Assembly: GCF_036321535.1 (NCBI RefSeq) | Contig: NC_087437.1 | Span: 22,322,001 to 22,386,000, forward strand | From: Camelus dromedarius | Lineage: Eukaryota | DNA: 64,000 nucleotides | Direction: 5' to 3' | Shown: positions 13,720 to 26,470 of the stretch, one piece after another | How positions within the stretch are numbered: position 1 is the stretch's first letter | Layout of the letters: the number at the start of each line of letters is the position of its first letter | Program-made: the position numbers and the translations under genes | Notes under the pieces: model-generated | What the model was told of the DNA's origin: nothing | The model's database searches: none | What the model saw: only the letters and a program-made list of their open reading frames with translations

Positions 13720-14950
13720 TTGAAGGTAGTAAAACTGGTGAGAGATGATTTGCATAACAGCTGGATGAAGGGGAAAGTATCCAGGAAAATGCTTGAGCTT
13801 TTTGTCTGCATAACAGAATAGAGGGACACTAAACGTGGATTAGGTCTGGAGAGGAGATTCCTGAGTTTAAGGCATATAAGTGGAGACATCAAGTCAGTTG
13901 CATCTAGATACCTGGAGTTTGACAGAGGTTTAAATTTGTGACTTATCTCTGTTTCTCTGTTATTTTAATCCAGGAGTATGGATGGACACTTAAGGATAGA
14001 GAATAGAATGAGAAGAGAAGAGGACCTTGGGTAGAATCATGATTAATTTCGGCATTTAATGGACAAAGAAACATGAGCCTGAAAACGATTGGCCAGAGAG
14101 ATGGGAGGAAACTCAAAGGGAGTGTTGAGTCAGGGAAGACAAGGGAAAAAGCATTACAAGAAGGGAATAGTCGACAGTATCATATGCTGCTAAAAAGACA
14201 CGTCGGAAGAGAACTGAAAAATACCTGTATGGTCTAGAGATACGATGGTCATGTTGACCTAACATACTGCTTTAGTGAAGTGGTTGAGACGGAAGCCAGA
14301 ACTGGGTGGGGTGAGGGCTGAGTAGAAGAAGAGTAAATGGAGACAGTGAGTTACAGCCAATTTTTCTGAGAATTTTGACTGTAAAAGGGAAGATGAGTGA
14401 TGAAGGGGTTGCAAGGCTACTGGAAGTTTTCATTTACATGGTTGGTATTGAGTGGTTAAGACTTAAGCGTGTTTAGAGGCCATTTCAAAGGATTCGGTTG
14501 AGAGGAGTGGTCAACAATACAAAAAAGAGAAAGTGTGTAAGTAGGCTGATTTTCATGTTTGATAGATGAGAGGAGCTCCCATCTAGTGGCTTCTACTCTG
14601 TAAAATGAGGTGGGCTCGTTTATTGAGAGTGAGATGGAAAGTGGGAGAGTTGAAGTTTGAGGAGAGCATATACAGGCTTGAAAAAGTAATTAAAGGTAAA
14701 AATTGGGAGATGTCAAGTAGGATGTGTGGAGCAGTACAGATCCATTTGAGATTGGTGATCAGTAGTTTATAAGAGAACCAGTCTTCCCAGGTGTGTAACT
14801 CTAACAGCTCACCTACTCAGATGTGGTTTTCTTCAAAAGTAGAGAGTTGGGTTCATCACTGCTTGGGGTGTAGCCAGATGGGTGTACTAAAAGGATAATG
14901 GATAAATAAATCTAGAATTACTGAAATGGTAGAGAATGGATTCCAATCTA
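13720..14950 (-). mobile_element. Long L2 LINE fragment (internal region, antisense)
   Basis: Purine-rich degenerate L2 body: 'tggccagagagatgggaggaaactcaaagggagtgttgagtcagggaagacaaggg...gtcgacagtatcatatgctgc...gagacagtgagttacagccaatttttctgagaattttgactgtaaaaggga'. Right edge is approximate. Confidence 0.7.
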
Positions 14951-16280
14951 GGTTAACAGAAGAGTGGAGAAAGGATAGACTTTAGTCAACTGGAGTCCCT
15001 ATCACATCAGGGTGGGGTCCCATCTGGGCATATGTCCCCCTTAGTACAGCTTGTCTATAGGAGAAGGAAAACTTATGTCTTGTTTAAAGTTATAATTATT
15101 TAAAGCCACTGACTATAAAGAACTTCTTTTTGATTAAAGGACAAAAGGGAACTAAGTCCATTTTTAACTACTTCCCCTTCCCACAAATTTGTAGGAAGGT
15201 CTAAGCAGAGACAAAACATATTTCAAAGAACAAGCTCAGACTTGTATAAGTTCTTATCTGAATGTGGGTTTCTCCCTACATGCCAGTTAAAACTCTCTCG
15301 GCATAATAAATTTGTGGAAAAATACTCTCTTTTCATTTGGCTAAGGGTAAAGGCACACCACTGTGTACAAAGAACTGGAGTCCAGATGAGGGGAAAAAAT
15401 GCAGAAAGAGGATAGAAAGCATAACTTTGCTCCAAGGGGAGCCTCATTTCATTTAATTTTCTCACTATTCTCAGCAAAATGAATGCTGAGCTAATTGTTA
15501 GAGAATGTTGATATTTTTTGTTGTGAAAAAGATACTTAAAAATAATCATACTAGTCTCATTTCTTTTTTTGCACTATGTGGGCTTTTAATATTATATTAT
15601 TTTTATTAAAACCTTTGGATACAATAAAAAGGAAAGAAAGAAAACCCTAATTATTAGAAAACAAGAGAAAAATCATGAGAAAGAACACTGCATTCAATCT
15701 CCACAAAACTTTTCAGATGACTGTTGTCAATTTCCTTCACCAAATAATAAGTAATATCACGGCCAAGGTCAAGTCTAATTTTTTTTTTTTTCCCAGAAGG
15801 GAAAATGACTAGTTATTCTGGAACAGCAAATGAAAGGAAACGGAATTTTCTTCTCACAAACTAAACCTCAAATAAACAAAAAGCATCTAACAATCCAAGG
15901 ACCTGAAATTGGACCTGGTAGGAGACATATTGGAGCAATTGCTATTATTCCAGAATGTGCCAATCTGTGAGCCTATCAGATAATGGATAAAACTTTTCTC
16001 AGCAAGGAACGTCCAAGATGTGTTTCATCACCGAATTTGGCCATGTACTGGCTCGAGAACTTTCACAGGCGTGGCAACTAATCATCCTGGGCTTTAATAG
16101 TGAAGCAGCTTTATGTATGGTTTAATCAGATGGTAGCATGGGAAAGGAGAGGAATGGTTTTGTTCGTTTGCATTAACAAATGGAAATGATGAGATGGAGA
16201 AAAGGCGAAATCAAGAAAATCACTCAAGGAAACAGATTTGTGAAGGAATAAAAGTGAACTTCAAAATTCCTCCAAAGAGT

Positions 16281-16401
16281 GGGGCGGGTATAGGTCAGTG
16301 GTAGAGTGCATGCCTAGCAGGCACAAGGTTCTGGGTTCAATCCCCAGTACCTCTATTAAATAAACAAACAAACAAACAAACCTAATTATCCCCCTCCCCC
16401 G
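16281..16401 (+). mobile_element. Camelid tRNA-derived SINE (Vic-1-like), full length with TSD
   Basis: tRNA-like head 'ggggcgggtataggtcagtggtagagtgcatgcctagc...ctgggttcaatccccagtacctc' with A box (~16291-16301) and B box GGTTCAATCC (16334-16343). Tail is (AAAC)n plus 'cctaattatccccctcccc'. 18-bp TSD caaaatt[c/t]ctccaaagag at 16262-16279 and 16402-16419, one mismatch. Confidence 0.9.
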
Positions 16402-17519
16402 CAAAATTTCTCCAAAGAGAATTTGTTACAAGAAAATATAGACCTTTTTGGCTAAAACAGAAACCACAAGGGAAGCTCCTTCCAGTTGGTCCAGAGGAAT
16501 AAAACACAAAACAGGGAAAAACCTCTGGATGGGGGTGTCCTACACCTTGGGTTTTAGTCCCTGTTATGTGAGCCTCAGTTTCCCCACCTGTGAAGAGGGA
16601 GGAGTGCCTCCTGCTCTGGGCTAAACTGAGAAGTCCACCACTGCTGTCACCTGCCCTCTCTCATCCACAGCCAGACTTACATGATAACCTTTTCCACCCT
16701 TTTCCCAAATACTTGAGATGTAGTTTAGAAGTACCCTGTGAATGAGGGTACTAACTCTGTCTTGAAAGAACTGTTTTAAGATGAAAATGATGAAGAGGAT
16801 CCAGTTAGAAAAAAATATTTGTAAGGTGACAGTTTAAGGAGCATTCATAAAACGATGAGTTCATCACTTGTCAGAAGTGATGCAAGATTTCTTCCTTTGT
16901 TTCTATCATAAATAGGGTAAAATTGGGTCTTGCCAGCAGCTGGATGAGAACGTAAGCCACTGTTGATGGTAGCTCATTGGACTTTATTCCATTTATTTCT
17001 TTCATTTTCATGTATGCTTCCTGTGATTGAATCAAAGGAAGTTAATAGGTCAATTATTTACTTTCTGGGAGTCTTAGAAAATACCTTTATTTACTACATG
17101 CCATCAAAATGGGATATTATATTTTGTTGAGTTTGCAAGGATAAAAGCATGACAAGTGTGCCCTATTTCTGGAAAATAGATTCCAGGTGTGCAAGAGACA
17201 TTCCAAGGATGTCTTTACTTTCTTCACACAAAACCATGGGAGACTATACACTCCTTTTCATAAAAGTGGATTTTAGGGGGCCAAATTCTCACAGAAGAAT
17301 TTAAGCACTTCCATTATGCAACATGGTATTGGTTGGAGGCATTAAATAGACATGAAAGACTGAAAAATGAGCTCGAATTTCCAACCCTATTAAGCCTATT
17401 AAAAATGTGGAGGATACTGTGTGGGACTCATGGGCTGTCAAGGCCCCTGGTTCCCAAACTCACGTAAGGAGCGTTGTGTATTGGGGGAGTTGTTCTCCTT
17501 GTCAAAGAACAGGAAAGGG

Positions 17520-17630
17520 CACTTCACAGATGGGACGACTGGGGCTGGGAGGGGTTGTCTCAAGTCACATGGCCAGCAAAGCTAGGGTCCCAGACCAGGA
17601 CTTCTGACTTGTAATCCTGCTGCTTTGTGA
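17520..17630 (-). mobile_element. MIR/MIR3 fragment
   Basis: 'acttcacagatgggacgactggggct...tctcaagtcacatggccagc...ccaggacttctgact'. Confidence 0.5.
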
Positions 17631-18189
17631 CCTTTGGGACCCAACTGCATACTCTTTGACTGTAATTTCTGGTTTAGCTGGTGAATGTCTGACTTTCTCA
17701 TAAGGAACACTCTGTTCACTTAAATCATTGCTTGAATGTAATTGCTTGCAATCATATTTTATGATAGAAAAACAGGTAGTTTATGTCATGGCCAGATGGG
17801 ATCCCCAAGGATTCTCCTGACCGTGGGACAGGACGAAGCCAGCTGCCCCAGGTCTCAGCTGCCTGCAGCCATGGGAACCCAGTCTTCCCACAGCACCAAC
17901 CCCGTGCCCCTGGCTACTGGGCAACCCAAGGGGTACACACATAGCCCACTTACTCCCACTGAGGGACATGGTGGCATTTTTGGACTGCTGTTTAGCTGGA
18001 ACAAAGTTATTTTGCCTAAAGAGCCTGTAGATGGCCTTCTAGATGTTAAGCTGGGAGGAGAGGGTCAGGAATAGCCTTTTCCAGGTCAGCCCTGGAAGCC
18101 CCTCTGGGTTAAACCTCATCCCACGGAACTAGGGAAAAGCTAGTGTGTGGCTGGAAGGAATGTGGAACACATCAATCCATATTCTTGAA

Positions 18190-18430
18190 TAATAATAACA
18201 ATAGCAGCCCTTTATTGAGGGCCTATTTTTCCTAGGCCCTATGCTAGGTGTGCCGAACATTACAAATCTTACAACAGTCCTGAAAGATAGGTATTGTTAT
18301 GATACCTAATCATGATTATCATCACCATTTTATAGATGGGGAAATTAAGGTTCAGAGAGTTTGAGTAGATTCTGCAGTGTCACACAGCTGGTAAGTGGCA
18401 AAGACCTAAACCTAGCTATTTGACTCATCC
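18190..18430 (-). mobile_element. MIR SINE, near full length
   Basis: 'aataataacaatagc...tttattgagggcctat...ccattttatagatggggaaattaaggttcagagag...gtcacacagctggtaagtggca'. Confidence 0.85.
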
Positions 18431-19069
18431 TCCATGTTGCTCCAGGCTAACGAGTTTGAACTTGACTTGGTAGGATATGGTATCAGGGCTGTGTTCATAA
18501 CATAAGTTAACCTGAGGGTTAATTTAAGTGAAGTCTACAAATAGAAGACAGGTTAATGAGACTGAGTTTTCACAAAATACTACAATAAGTGTTCTGCCTC
18601 CTTTTGAGTAGAATATTAATTGCAGAATATCTCTCTGTGAGAGAGCAGCTCCGGAGAAAAAAACAAGTTCACTCAGAGGTCTAGCGAACTCCATTTGTGA
18701 GGCAAGACTGGACGAGTGGCCTGACTGTCCCATAAAACAGGCTCAGCAAGAACACAGAGTAGGTTCATATAAACAGGTGTCCACCTGGGGGAACCAACCC
18801 CTTGGCTTCTCCCCGTGAGAGTAGTCCTCCTGCCTTCCACTCCTGTGACTGGCAGAAGCAGAAGGTTGGAACCCCCCAGCAACCTGCAGCCCCCACCTCC
18901 TTACAACTGCTCCCCCCGGGGCGCTTCCTCTCTGTAGCCCCGATACCCCCAGTACGGCAGTGTCAGATTCTGTGGATTTGGGGCCAGAGTTTTCTAGCAC
19001 CTACCCCTTTCCTTTTTGGTCCCGTTGCCACTACCTTCATTTTGGCCCTTGTGACTTCTCCCTAATCAA

Positions 19070-19310
19070 TGCTGTTAGATCAATCTTTCTAAAACGAGAC
19101 TCTGCGTCACTCCTGTGTCTATAAATCATTTGATTCCCCATTATCTACTGCGTCAAATCCAGACACCTTCACCTGATACTCAAAATCTTTCCAGATTTCC
19201 CTAAGCAAATCCCTTTCTCTCTAACAGCCAGTCCCGCGCGTGCCAAGCTGCCGCCCTCACTTTATCCCAGGTACTTTCTCTTCTTTACTTGCGACCTTTG
19301 CTTTGCCTGG
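19070..19310 (+). mobile_element. L2 fragment
   Basis: 'aatctttctaaaacgagactctgcgtcactcctg...tcaaatccagacaccttcacctgatactcaaaatc'. Confidence 0.55.
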
Positions 19311-19799
19311 AGAAACTGAATAAGCATACCGTGTGTTTGCTTGGTAAGTCCTAGTTTTCATAACGGTTTCACTTACCTTATTCTATTTGAAAACTGTAGT
19401 TACTAAGTGGGGCAGATATGATTATATTCATTTTGCAGATTAGAAAATATTGGCTCTGAGCCAGCCTGGAACCTGAGGTTCCATGGCTGAGGGGCCGAGG
19501 CAGGCCTGGGAGCTAGGTCTCCAAATTCCCTCTGTCCACAGTCCTGTGAGGCTCTTCTCTCTCCTACATCTGGGCTTTCCTCTGGCCCCCTCCAGCTTCT
19601 CCTTGTCAAGTTCTGCCTTTTTCTCAAAATCCAGCTCAAATCCACTAACTCCACGAACTCTTTCAAAATAACCCATATGAGTTTATGGCTCTCTCATTCC
19701 TAAGCTCTGACAGCTCCTTGTCTAACTCCCCTGGCACTTAAAGCAGTTCTGTGAAAAGGCCTGAGAGTTCCTGGATAAGGGCTTGAGGCCAACATAAAT

Positions 19800-20050
19800 C
19801 AAGGTTTTAAACCTTTTTGATTATGACCTCCACTAAGATACACATTTTATATCATAAACTAGTATCCGCTCACACACACACATGCAGAGCTGAAATAAGT
19901 TTCATGAAATAGCATTTACTTCTAATTCTGCTATGCACTATCATATTCTCTCTAGTCTACTTTCTTTTATTACAAAGTGCTGGTTAGGAACCCACTAAAT
20001 TGATTTTGAGAACTACTACTGAGTCCTGATCAGCAGTTTGGAAAACTCTG
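19800..20050. mobile_element. Non-autonomous hAT-Charlie DNA transposon (subfamily uncertain)
   Basis: Ends resemble Charlie-type TIRs ('caaggttttaaacc' and 'cagtttggaaaactctg'). Internal 'tgctggttaggaacccactaaattgatttt' is typical of these elements. Confidence 0.6.
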
Positions 20051-20259
20051 GTTTAAACTGAATCTGGCCTTTCAAATGGCCTAGACAACACCGTCAAAGA
20101 TTTGTAAAAGACTGAGCTAGCAGTAGAGCTGTGGTCATCAGGGGTTTTATCTGTAGTCCTAACAGGAACACCAACAGTTCTCACAATGGCTAGGCCAGGA
20201 AGGAAGGGCCTCAGCTGGAGAGCACCAGCTTCTACTTGCTGGAAAGTCAAGAATAAGGA

Positions 20260-20658
20260 TTTTTTTCCCCCAGCTTTACTGAGGTATAGTTGACAAGCAA
20301 AAATTGTATCTACTGAAGATGCACAATGTGATGCTTTGATGTATGTATACATTGTGCAATGATTACCAGGAGCAAGGTAAGTAACAAATCCATCTCCTCA
20401 CACAGTTACCATTTTTTTTTTTTTGGTGGTAAGAACATTTACTCTCTGAGCACATTTCAAGTGTACAATTATTAACTCGTCACCATCCTGTAAATTAGAT
20501 TTCTAGAACTTACTCACATGCATAGCTGAAACTTTGTACCCTTTGACCACCACCTCCTCAGTTCCCCCAGTCCCCAGCCCCTGGTGTTAATCACCATTAC
20601 ACTCCATGCTTTTATGAGTTTCACTTTTTTGGATTCCATGTGTAAGTGAGGTCATGCA
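20260..20658 (-). mobile_element. L1MA-type (L1MA8-10-like) LINE-1 3' end
   Basis: 'cagctttactgaggtatagttgacaag...tatacattgtgcaatgattacca...catagctgaaactttgtaccctttgacca...gattccatgtgtaagtgaggtcatgca' is a classic antisense L1MA 3' UTR. Confidence 0.9.
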
Positions 20659-22299
20659 AAGATAGGAACTCTTAATGAGCTAAGAGATGGAGGACTGGGG
20701 TACCTCCACTTCACAGTGGATCATCTTCAAAAGAGTGAGACTGTGAGTGCCAGAGATCGGGGGAGAAAGATTTCTCAATAGGGCACATCTGTAGACTGAG
20801 AGGAGACTTGTGTGCACATCATAATCTTGAATATAGCAGGAAATCAGCTAGAATTTAAAAATAATAAAAATGTAATGAAATTCTTTGTTTATATCTGCAT
20901 AGTGAGTCTGAGGGCCTTCGGGCCTATAAACCTGTCACTGAATTTAGTATCTTTTCGACTTTATGAAGCACCTGATGTTTGCAAAGTGCTTGTACAATTA
21001 CCGATTACCATAATGTTCATCTTTTGAACACTGCAGTTCAGAGAAGGCCCAAGGACTTCAGACTAAGAGTAAAAATTTAAAAATAAATAAATAAATAAAG
21101 GAAAAAAATAGTGGTCAAGCTAAAGATCAGGCTTCTGAGCTTATGCTGCTGGAGCTGTTCTGGGGTACCTGCCTCTTGCTTGGGGTCCTCTCTTCCTGTG
21201 GTACCTGCAGCTGGCCTTGGCACGCTGCTCTTGGGAGCTCCACACACGATCTGTGTCTTCGTGAAGCAAGGGAGGGAAAGGTACAGGGCTTGACACCTGC
21301 AACCCAGGTGCTCCTGGCGGTGAGGAATGAGGGAAGGGGTGTTTGCGGCTGCTGGGAACGGGTAGTGAGGAAAGGGACAAAGCAGTCTTTCCTGCTCCAG
21401 CTATTAAACATAATAAAGGACTAGGGACAGACTTGCTTAGGAGACTGTAGGTATAAGCCGGACATCAGCTCTGGCTCTGTTTATAGGCAACAGGTCAGTA
21501 AAACTCAACACACCGGTGGATTTCAAGAAATTTCAAGGAAACAGCTTCAAGGGATGGCAAAGCCAATGCTTTGAGGATGTGTCTGTTTCCACTGGAAGAA
21601 GGTTAGCTCTCCTGTGCTGCTTCCCCTACATTTAAAAGCATCAGTTACCACTGGCAAGTGGCTGACCCCAAGGCTGAGTGTGGCCTGAGGCCCAGGGGCA
21701 TTCGAATTTATCAGTTCAGGAACAAAAAGCAGCCTTTTCTTTGAAAGTGATTTTTTATTCAACATCTTCTGTTAGATTAGGTAAAACCTCTGTCAGAAGC
21801 GCTGCTGTTTCTGACGGTGATAGGTCATGAGCTGAGAGACTGTGTTGGCTCTTAAATGGGAAAATGTCCTAGGAGACCCGCACAATTTCACCACTGGATC
21901 ATTTTTCTTAGGGGAAGCTTAAGAACCAATCTCTTAATGAAATGATACCTCTATATTTTAACACATGTGTATTTTGAAATGCATACTGAGTGTTCCAAAA
22001 TGTTTTTCAAAGAAGAATGAGGACATTCCTGTCCTCGTTTTTATCCGCATAGAAAACGGGTGGGGGTTTTCAAGAGCATCTGTCCAGAATCACTTTAAGT
22101 TCATCGTCCTCCCTGTCGCACCACCGTCTGCACAGCCACGAGTTCTCGTCATGATAACCAACAGGACTGTGTGACTCTCTGCTCAACGCGCTGTGTTGGT
22201 CTGCTGCCGTTAACAAGATAAAATCCACTTTCCAAACCATGGCACACATGGTCCAGCCTAATCTGTCCACACGATAACTCTCTAGTTTTACTTCTCACT

Positions 22300-22630
22300 G
22301 GTCTAGTCGCACTGAGACTCTTACCATTTTCCAAACACCCTGCACCTGGTTTGTGCCTTGGCCTGAATTGTTTCCATTGCCAGAATGCCTTTCACATCTT
22401 CAGCCCAGCTCCTCCTGGCTTCAAAGTTACTTGTATGTGGCTTCTCTGATTCTCTAAAGCTCATGAGTGAACTGACTATCCCCGCCTCTGGGTTCTGCAA
22501 GACTTTCTGTTCATAACTTTAATATAGTTCCTAGTGAACGGGTGGCTGCTGTCTCTACCTCGTTAGGATGCCGGCATCTTGACGGCAACCACCATTTCTT
22601 ATTTATCTCTGTGGCTTCAGAAGAAGCTAA
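22300..22630 (+). mobile_element. L2 3' region (old L2c/d-like)
   Basis: 'ttccattgccagaatgcctttc...cttgacggcaaccaccatttcttatttatctctgtg'. Confidence 0.5.
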
Positions 22631-23219
22631 AAGACATACTTACATATTTTTTTTCTAGAGAAGAAGCTTTAAAGCTAAATTCAGTTAAAATAAAAAAATT
22701 AAAGAAAATGTAAACTAAATGCTTATTTTTTTCCCAGGGGATATATTAAAACTAAATTTAATTTTGAAAGAATTAAATGTGTAGATATCTAACAAAAGAC
22801 TGTCATACAGATGAATCAGATTTGTGATTGAAAGGAAACTCTAAAGGCTCCTTAGCTGGTGACAGATTGTCCTGTCGTGAGCCACCGAGTAACCAAACCA
22901 AGAAATAAAATTAATACCAATAAGAGAGAATTCTGATTACGCGAGGTGTAGGGAATAGAGTTTCGGCCTTTGCTTCAAAGGCTGACACTCGTTCTCCAGA
23001 GACTCCCTCCTCTCTCTTTTTCCAGTTCTGTGCCCAGATTTACTTGCGCTCTGTTCAGCTATTCATGCCTCACCCGTCATGGAAACTTCCTCCACATTAC
23101 CCCCTCTGCTCAGAACGCCCATCCTCCCTTTCCATTGTTTAATTTCATGTTGGGAAATCCCGATTCCTCCACAGACGCTTTCCCACGTGACTGGAAGAGC
23201 AGTAGTTGTTTCTGCTACA

Positions 23220-23248
23220 CCCCCCCCCCCCCCACCCCCCCCCCCCCC
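23220..23248. repeat. Poly-C tract C14-A-C14
   Basis: Read directly. Confidence 0.95.
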
Positions 23249-23347
23249 GTTAACCGCCAGTGCATGTATCTCTGTGCCCGCTCTTATTTATGGTTTGGTT
23301 TGGCAGACGTTGAGGCTATGTCATCACCATCCACCTCGTGAAGTGAA

Positions 23348-23984
23348 CTTTGATTAGCGCAAGGCCGTGTCTGCCCGTGTGCCTTGTGTTGTGTCTACCA
23401 CAGCTTCACATGCAGACAAGGGCTGAGGACCGCAGTCCACGAGACAGACTCGGCCCCTGTCTCCCTGTCAGGTGATAACACGTGAGGCCGGCAGCCACGG
23501 TCCCTGCTGATAATGTGTCTCTGGTAGCTCATGAATTTGTTGCCAGCCTGAAAATGCCTTGGCTTCTTGAGAAGGAGTGACCAAGTAGCAGTTAAAGAAC
23601 ACTTAAACAAAATTCTCTTCTTTTCCCCTGGGGAAGAAATATTGAAACTGAATTCAAAACTAACAACATTCAGGTAACATATATATATATATATATATAT
23701 ATATTTGTCAGTCTTAACATTTTTTCCTTCTCCTTTATTTCTGATAAAATGATTCAATACGTACTGACCTAGAAATCTTCAAATATACCATCACATCGCT
23801 AATGATAAAATACGACGGCTTTGCCTGAAAGGTGCAATTAAAAGATTTCCTTTATCACAAGAAGGTGTAAGAGAAGTAATTATCATCAAAGGCTTGTAGC
23901 GCGTCCATTGTGGAACAGAAAAACTGCTGCACTTCTCTAGCAAGTCAAAAATTGCTATCTGTGGTGTAATTTTCAGAAAGATAA
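23348..23984. promoter_or_regulatory. Candidate enhancer (GATA/TCF-LEF/SOX/E-box motif cluster)
   Basis: Seven WGATAA sites within 23473-23984, two TCF/LEF motifs, a SOX motif and E-boxes in repeat-poor sequence. Motif evidence only. Confidence 0.4.
23679..23704. repeat. (AT)13 microsatellite
   Basis: Read directly. Confidence 0.95.
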
Positions 23985-24319
23985 CTATGGGCTGATGGAC
24001 TATAACTTAGAAAACTCATAGATGAAACAATCATATGTGCAGAACAGGGGACACAAAGGAAATGCTGAACACCTAGCTACAGCCATTTACTCAAGATCAA
24101 ATTAGAAGAATTCTGTCTGATTTATAGCCTAAATGGAACCTTTTGTTTATGGAGACTGAAAACTTTCTTATGGTATTAAAATATGGCTGTTGCAACTCCA
24201 AATTATTATAGGCATACAGACAATGCATGCTTTGGTCACTCAGAGGTAATAAATAAAAATAAATACTAAACACACTGCATGATGCCTCCCTTTAAGGGAA
24301 GCAGACATCAACAGGTAGT

Positions 24320-24510
24320 AGTGACAATAGAGCTAACATGACCAAGCATTTTTCTAAGTGTTTTGTGTCAACTCATTTAATTCTCAAAACAAACCTAAGA
24401 GGTAGAGACTTGTGTGAGAGACTGAGGCTCAGAGAGGGTAAGTAACTTTCCTAAAATTATACAGCTAAGAAATGGGTAGGCTGCAATAGCAAATCAGTAA
24501 ATCTGGACCA
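24320..24510 (-). mobile_element. MIR SINE
   Basis: 'actcatttaattctcaaaacaaacctaagaggtag...actgaggctcagagagggtaagtaactttcctaa'. Confidence 0.8.
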
Positions 24511-24631
24511 CTGAGCCAGACCTTCCTCTATTTGATTAAAAACCAATAGTGGGCTGTCTAAGTGTATCTTTCTTTATACCACAGTCATTTCCTGAAAAGA
24601 CATCTGTAAATCAGAGACTTAAAAACAGAAC

Positions 24632-24745
24632 CAGATTGGAATGTAAGCTCTGGGAGAGTCTGTCAACAGCTGCATCCCTAGTGCCCAGTAGAGAATATGG
24701 CTTATGCTAGGCTCATGATAAACATGTGCTGAATAAACAAATACA
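24632..24745 (+). mobile_element. L2 3' end
   Basis: 'gaatgtaagctctgggagag...tgcatccctagtgcccag...aaacatgtgctgaataaa'. Confidence 0.65.
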
Positions 24746-26029
24746 TAGAGATAAGAGTCTAAAATAGTGCTTTGCCATGAGAGAGTCCTCAATAGATTTT
24801 TAAAAAATTAGTTTTAAAGGAATTTATTTTATGAATCCATTCTAGAAGAGGAAGAGCCACCTTCTGATTTCTTGTTTGGGTAAACCCAGATTTTCATACT
24901 GTTTGCTTACTGTGAAGATGAAATGAGTAAGCATTCTCATTTAATAGAAATATTATTAAAACTTTTACAGGGGAAAAACGCAAAACAAATTAGGGAGGCC
25001 CAAACTCTCATAGAATCCTAGGATTACTGTGGAAAACTCAGTTATCATCTGGGGACTCACAACTTTTCACATTCACAGTGGGGGACCCAACGTGTCTGGG
25101 CAACAATTCACAATATCATGACTGTACTCACTTGTCAAGACTCCAGGAGAGTTTTAGTCCAGTTATGGAAATTGCAATGTATTTACGCCATTGCGTCTTG
25201 AGAAAATGGCACTATTTAACTGTTTTAATCATGCTTTAGCTCTGAGAGGTAAGTGAACAAGTTATCATCAGTAGGAAGCTGTTTTAATAACTAGCCAAAT
25301 TTTCCAGGGGAGTTAGCCAATACAGAAGATAGTATTTATTATTCCCATTATACAGAAGAAGAAATCATGGAAGACCCTAGTTATGACTTGAACAAAAGAC
25401 AGCTCATGTTTCCACGTACTAATAACATCCCCCTACATTGGTTCTCACCAAAAAGTCAAGAAACACAATGATCCAGGAAGCTAGTGTTTTCTTCTAGTGA
25501 ATTTCAATTTCATTTCACTTAGGTGGCTAAGTCAAGGGTTATCTACAAGATCTTTCTACACCAGCATTTGTGAGGACAAGGATGACCAAAAGCCAAGCTG
25601 TACACTCAATGGATTAACCACCTGGGAGGGAGTGCTGGCTTCACTACTGCCCAGTACAAGCTCAGCTCCTCCCTGCAGCCAGCTTTCCAGGAGGGAAGGA
25701 GTTATAACGCCATGGGAATCCTCATTTGGGATACTACTGGGGATGTCTTTAGAGAGAGTGTTTAGAAAGCTGATTGCTTATGTTTGTTTCAAATATTTTG
25801 AAATTTTGGTGTTTTCTGAAACAACTTGTGGAGTTATATGGTTACATTTTGCAAGGGAAGGTTACAAATGATTTTAATTTATGTCTCCCTGAAGAGTCCC
25901 CCCACTAAACTCCGGTGATGCCAGTGTTCCTCTTTCCTACACTAAGGACCACCTGTCATTTCGAGGGGTTTTGGGGCCATGACTTAATGAGTCAAAAAAG
26001 CAAGACCTCATGAGAGTCAACCATTCCTT

Positions 26030-26100
26030 CCCTGTTTGCTGTTGGGCCCTCAGTACCTAGTATATTGTCTGGCACAAAGTAGGCGCTCAGTCAAGTTGAA
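26030..26100 (+). mobile_element. L2 3' terminus
   Basis: 'cagtacctagtatattgtctggcacaaagtaggcgctcag'. Confidence 0.65.
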
Positions 26101-26344
26101 CAAAAGGCATCTTAAGTTACATCCTCTGCTAGCCCTCTGGCTCCCTACCTCCAGACCGGTGAAGCTTTTGCTGTGCCACCAAAGAAGCTATCCCGTAAAA
26201 CTATCTGACGTATGCCAGGCACACTTACAATAACGGCATCACACACATATTGATGCTGCCAGAGCTTAGTGGACGGGCTACCTGAACCAGGATTCTTCGG
26301 GTGGACACAGCCCACTCTTTGCTGATTATGAATGCTGGTTCCAA

Positions 26345-26470
26345 GTCCATCACTGACCTTGGATGTGTCTTTTCTGTCCTTTGGGCTCAGTTGCCTCATT
26401 TATAAAACGGGAATCACAGAGCTACAATTCCTTGCTCCTCTGAGGGTTTTAGTGAAGTAAACTCAAGTCA
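26345..26470 (+). mobile_element. MIR/MIR3 fragment
   Basis: 'tgaccttggatgtgtc...gggctcagttgcctcatttataaaacggg'. Confidence 0.6.

Noticed and set aside
16281..16353. Possible tRNA gene
   Set aside because: It has A and B boxes, but also a SINE tail and a TSD, and no convincing cloverleaf or oligo-T terminator. It is a SINE.
22970..23357. ORFs with polyproline runs
   Set aside because: The prolines come from the poly-C tract; there is no other coding signal.
25079..25248. Plus-strand AG...GTAAGT pair (a similar minus-strand pair lies near 12687-12735)
   Set aside because: Isolated splice-like signals with no recognisable peptide and no consistent multi-exon chain; expected by chance in 64 kb.
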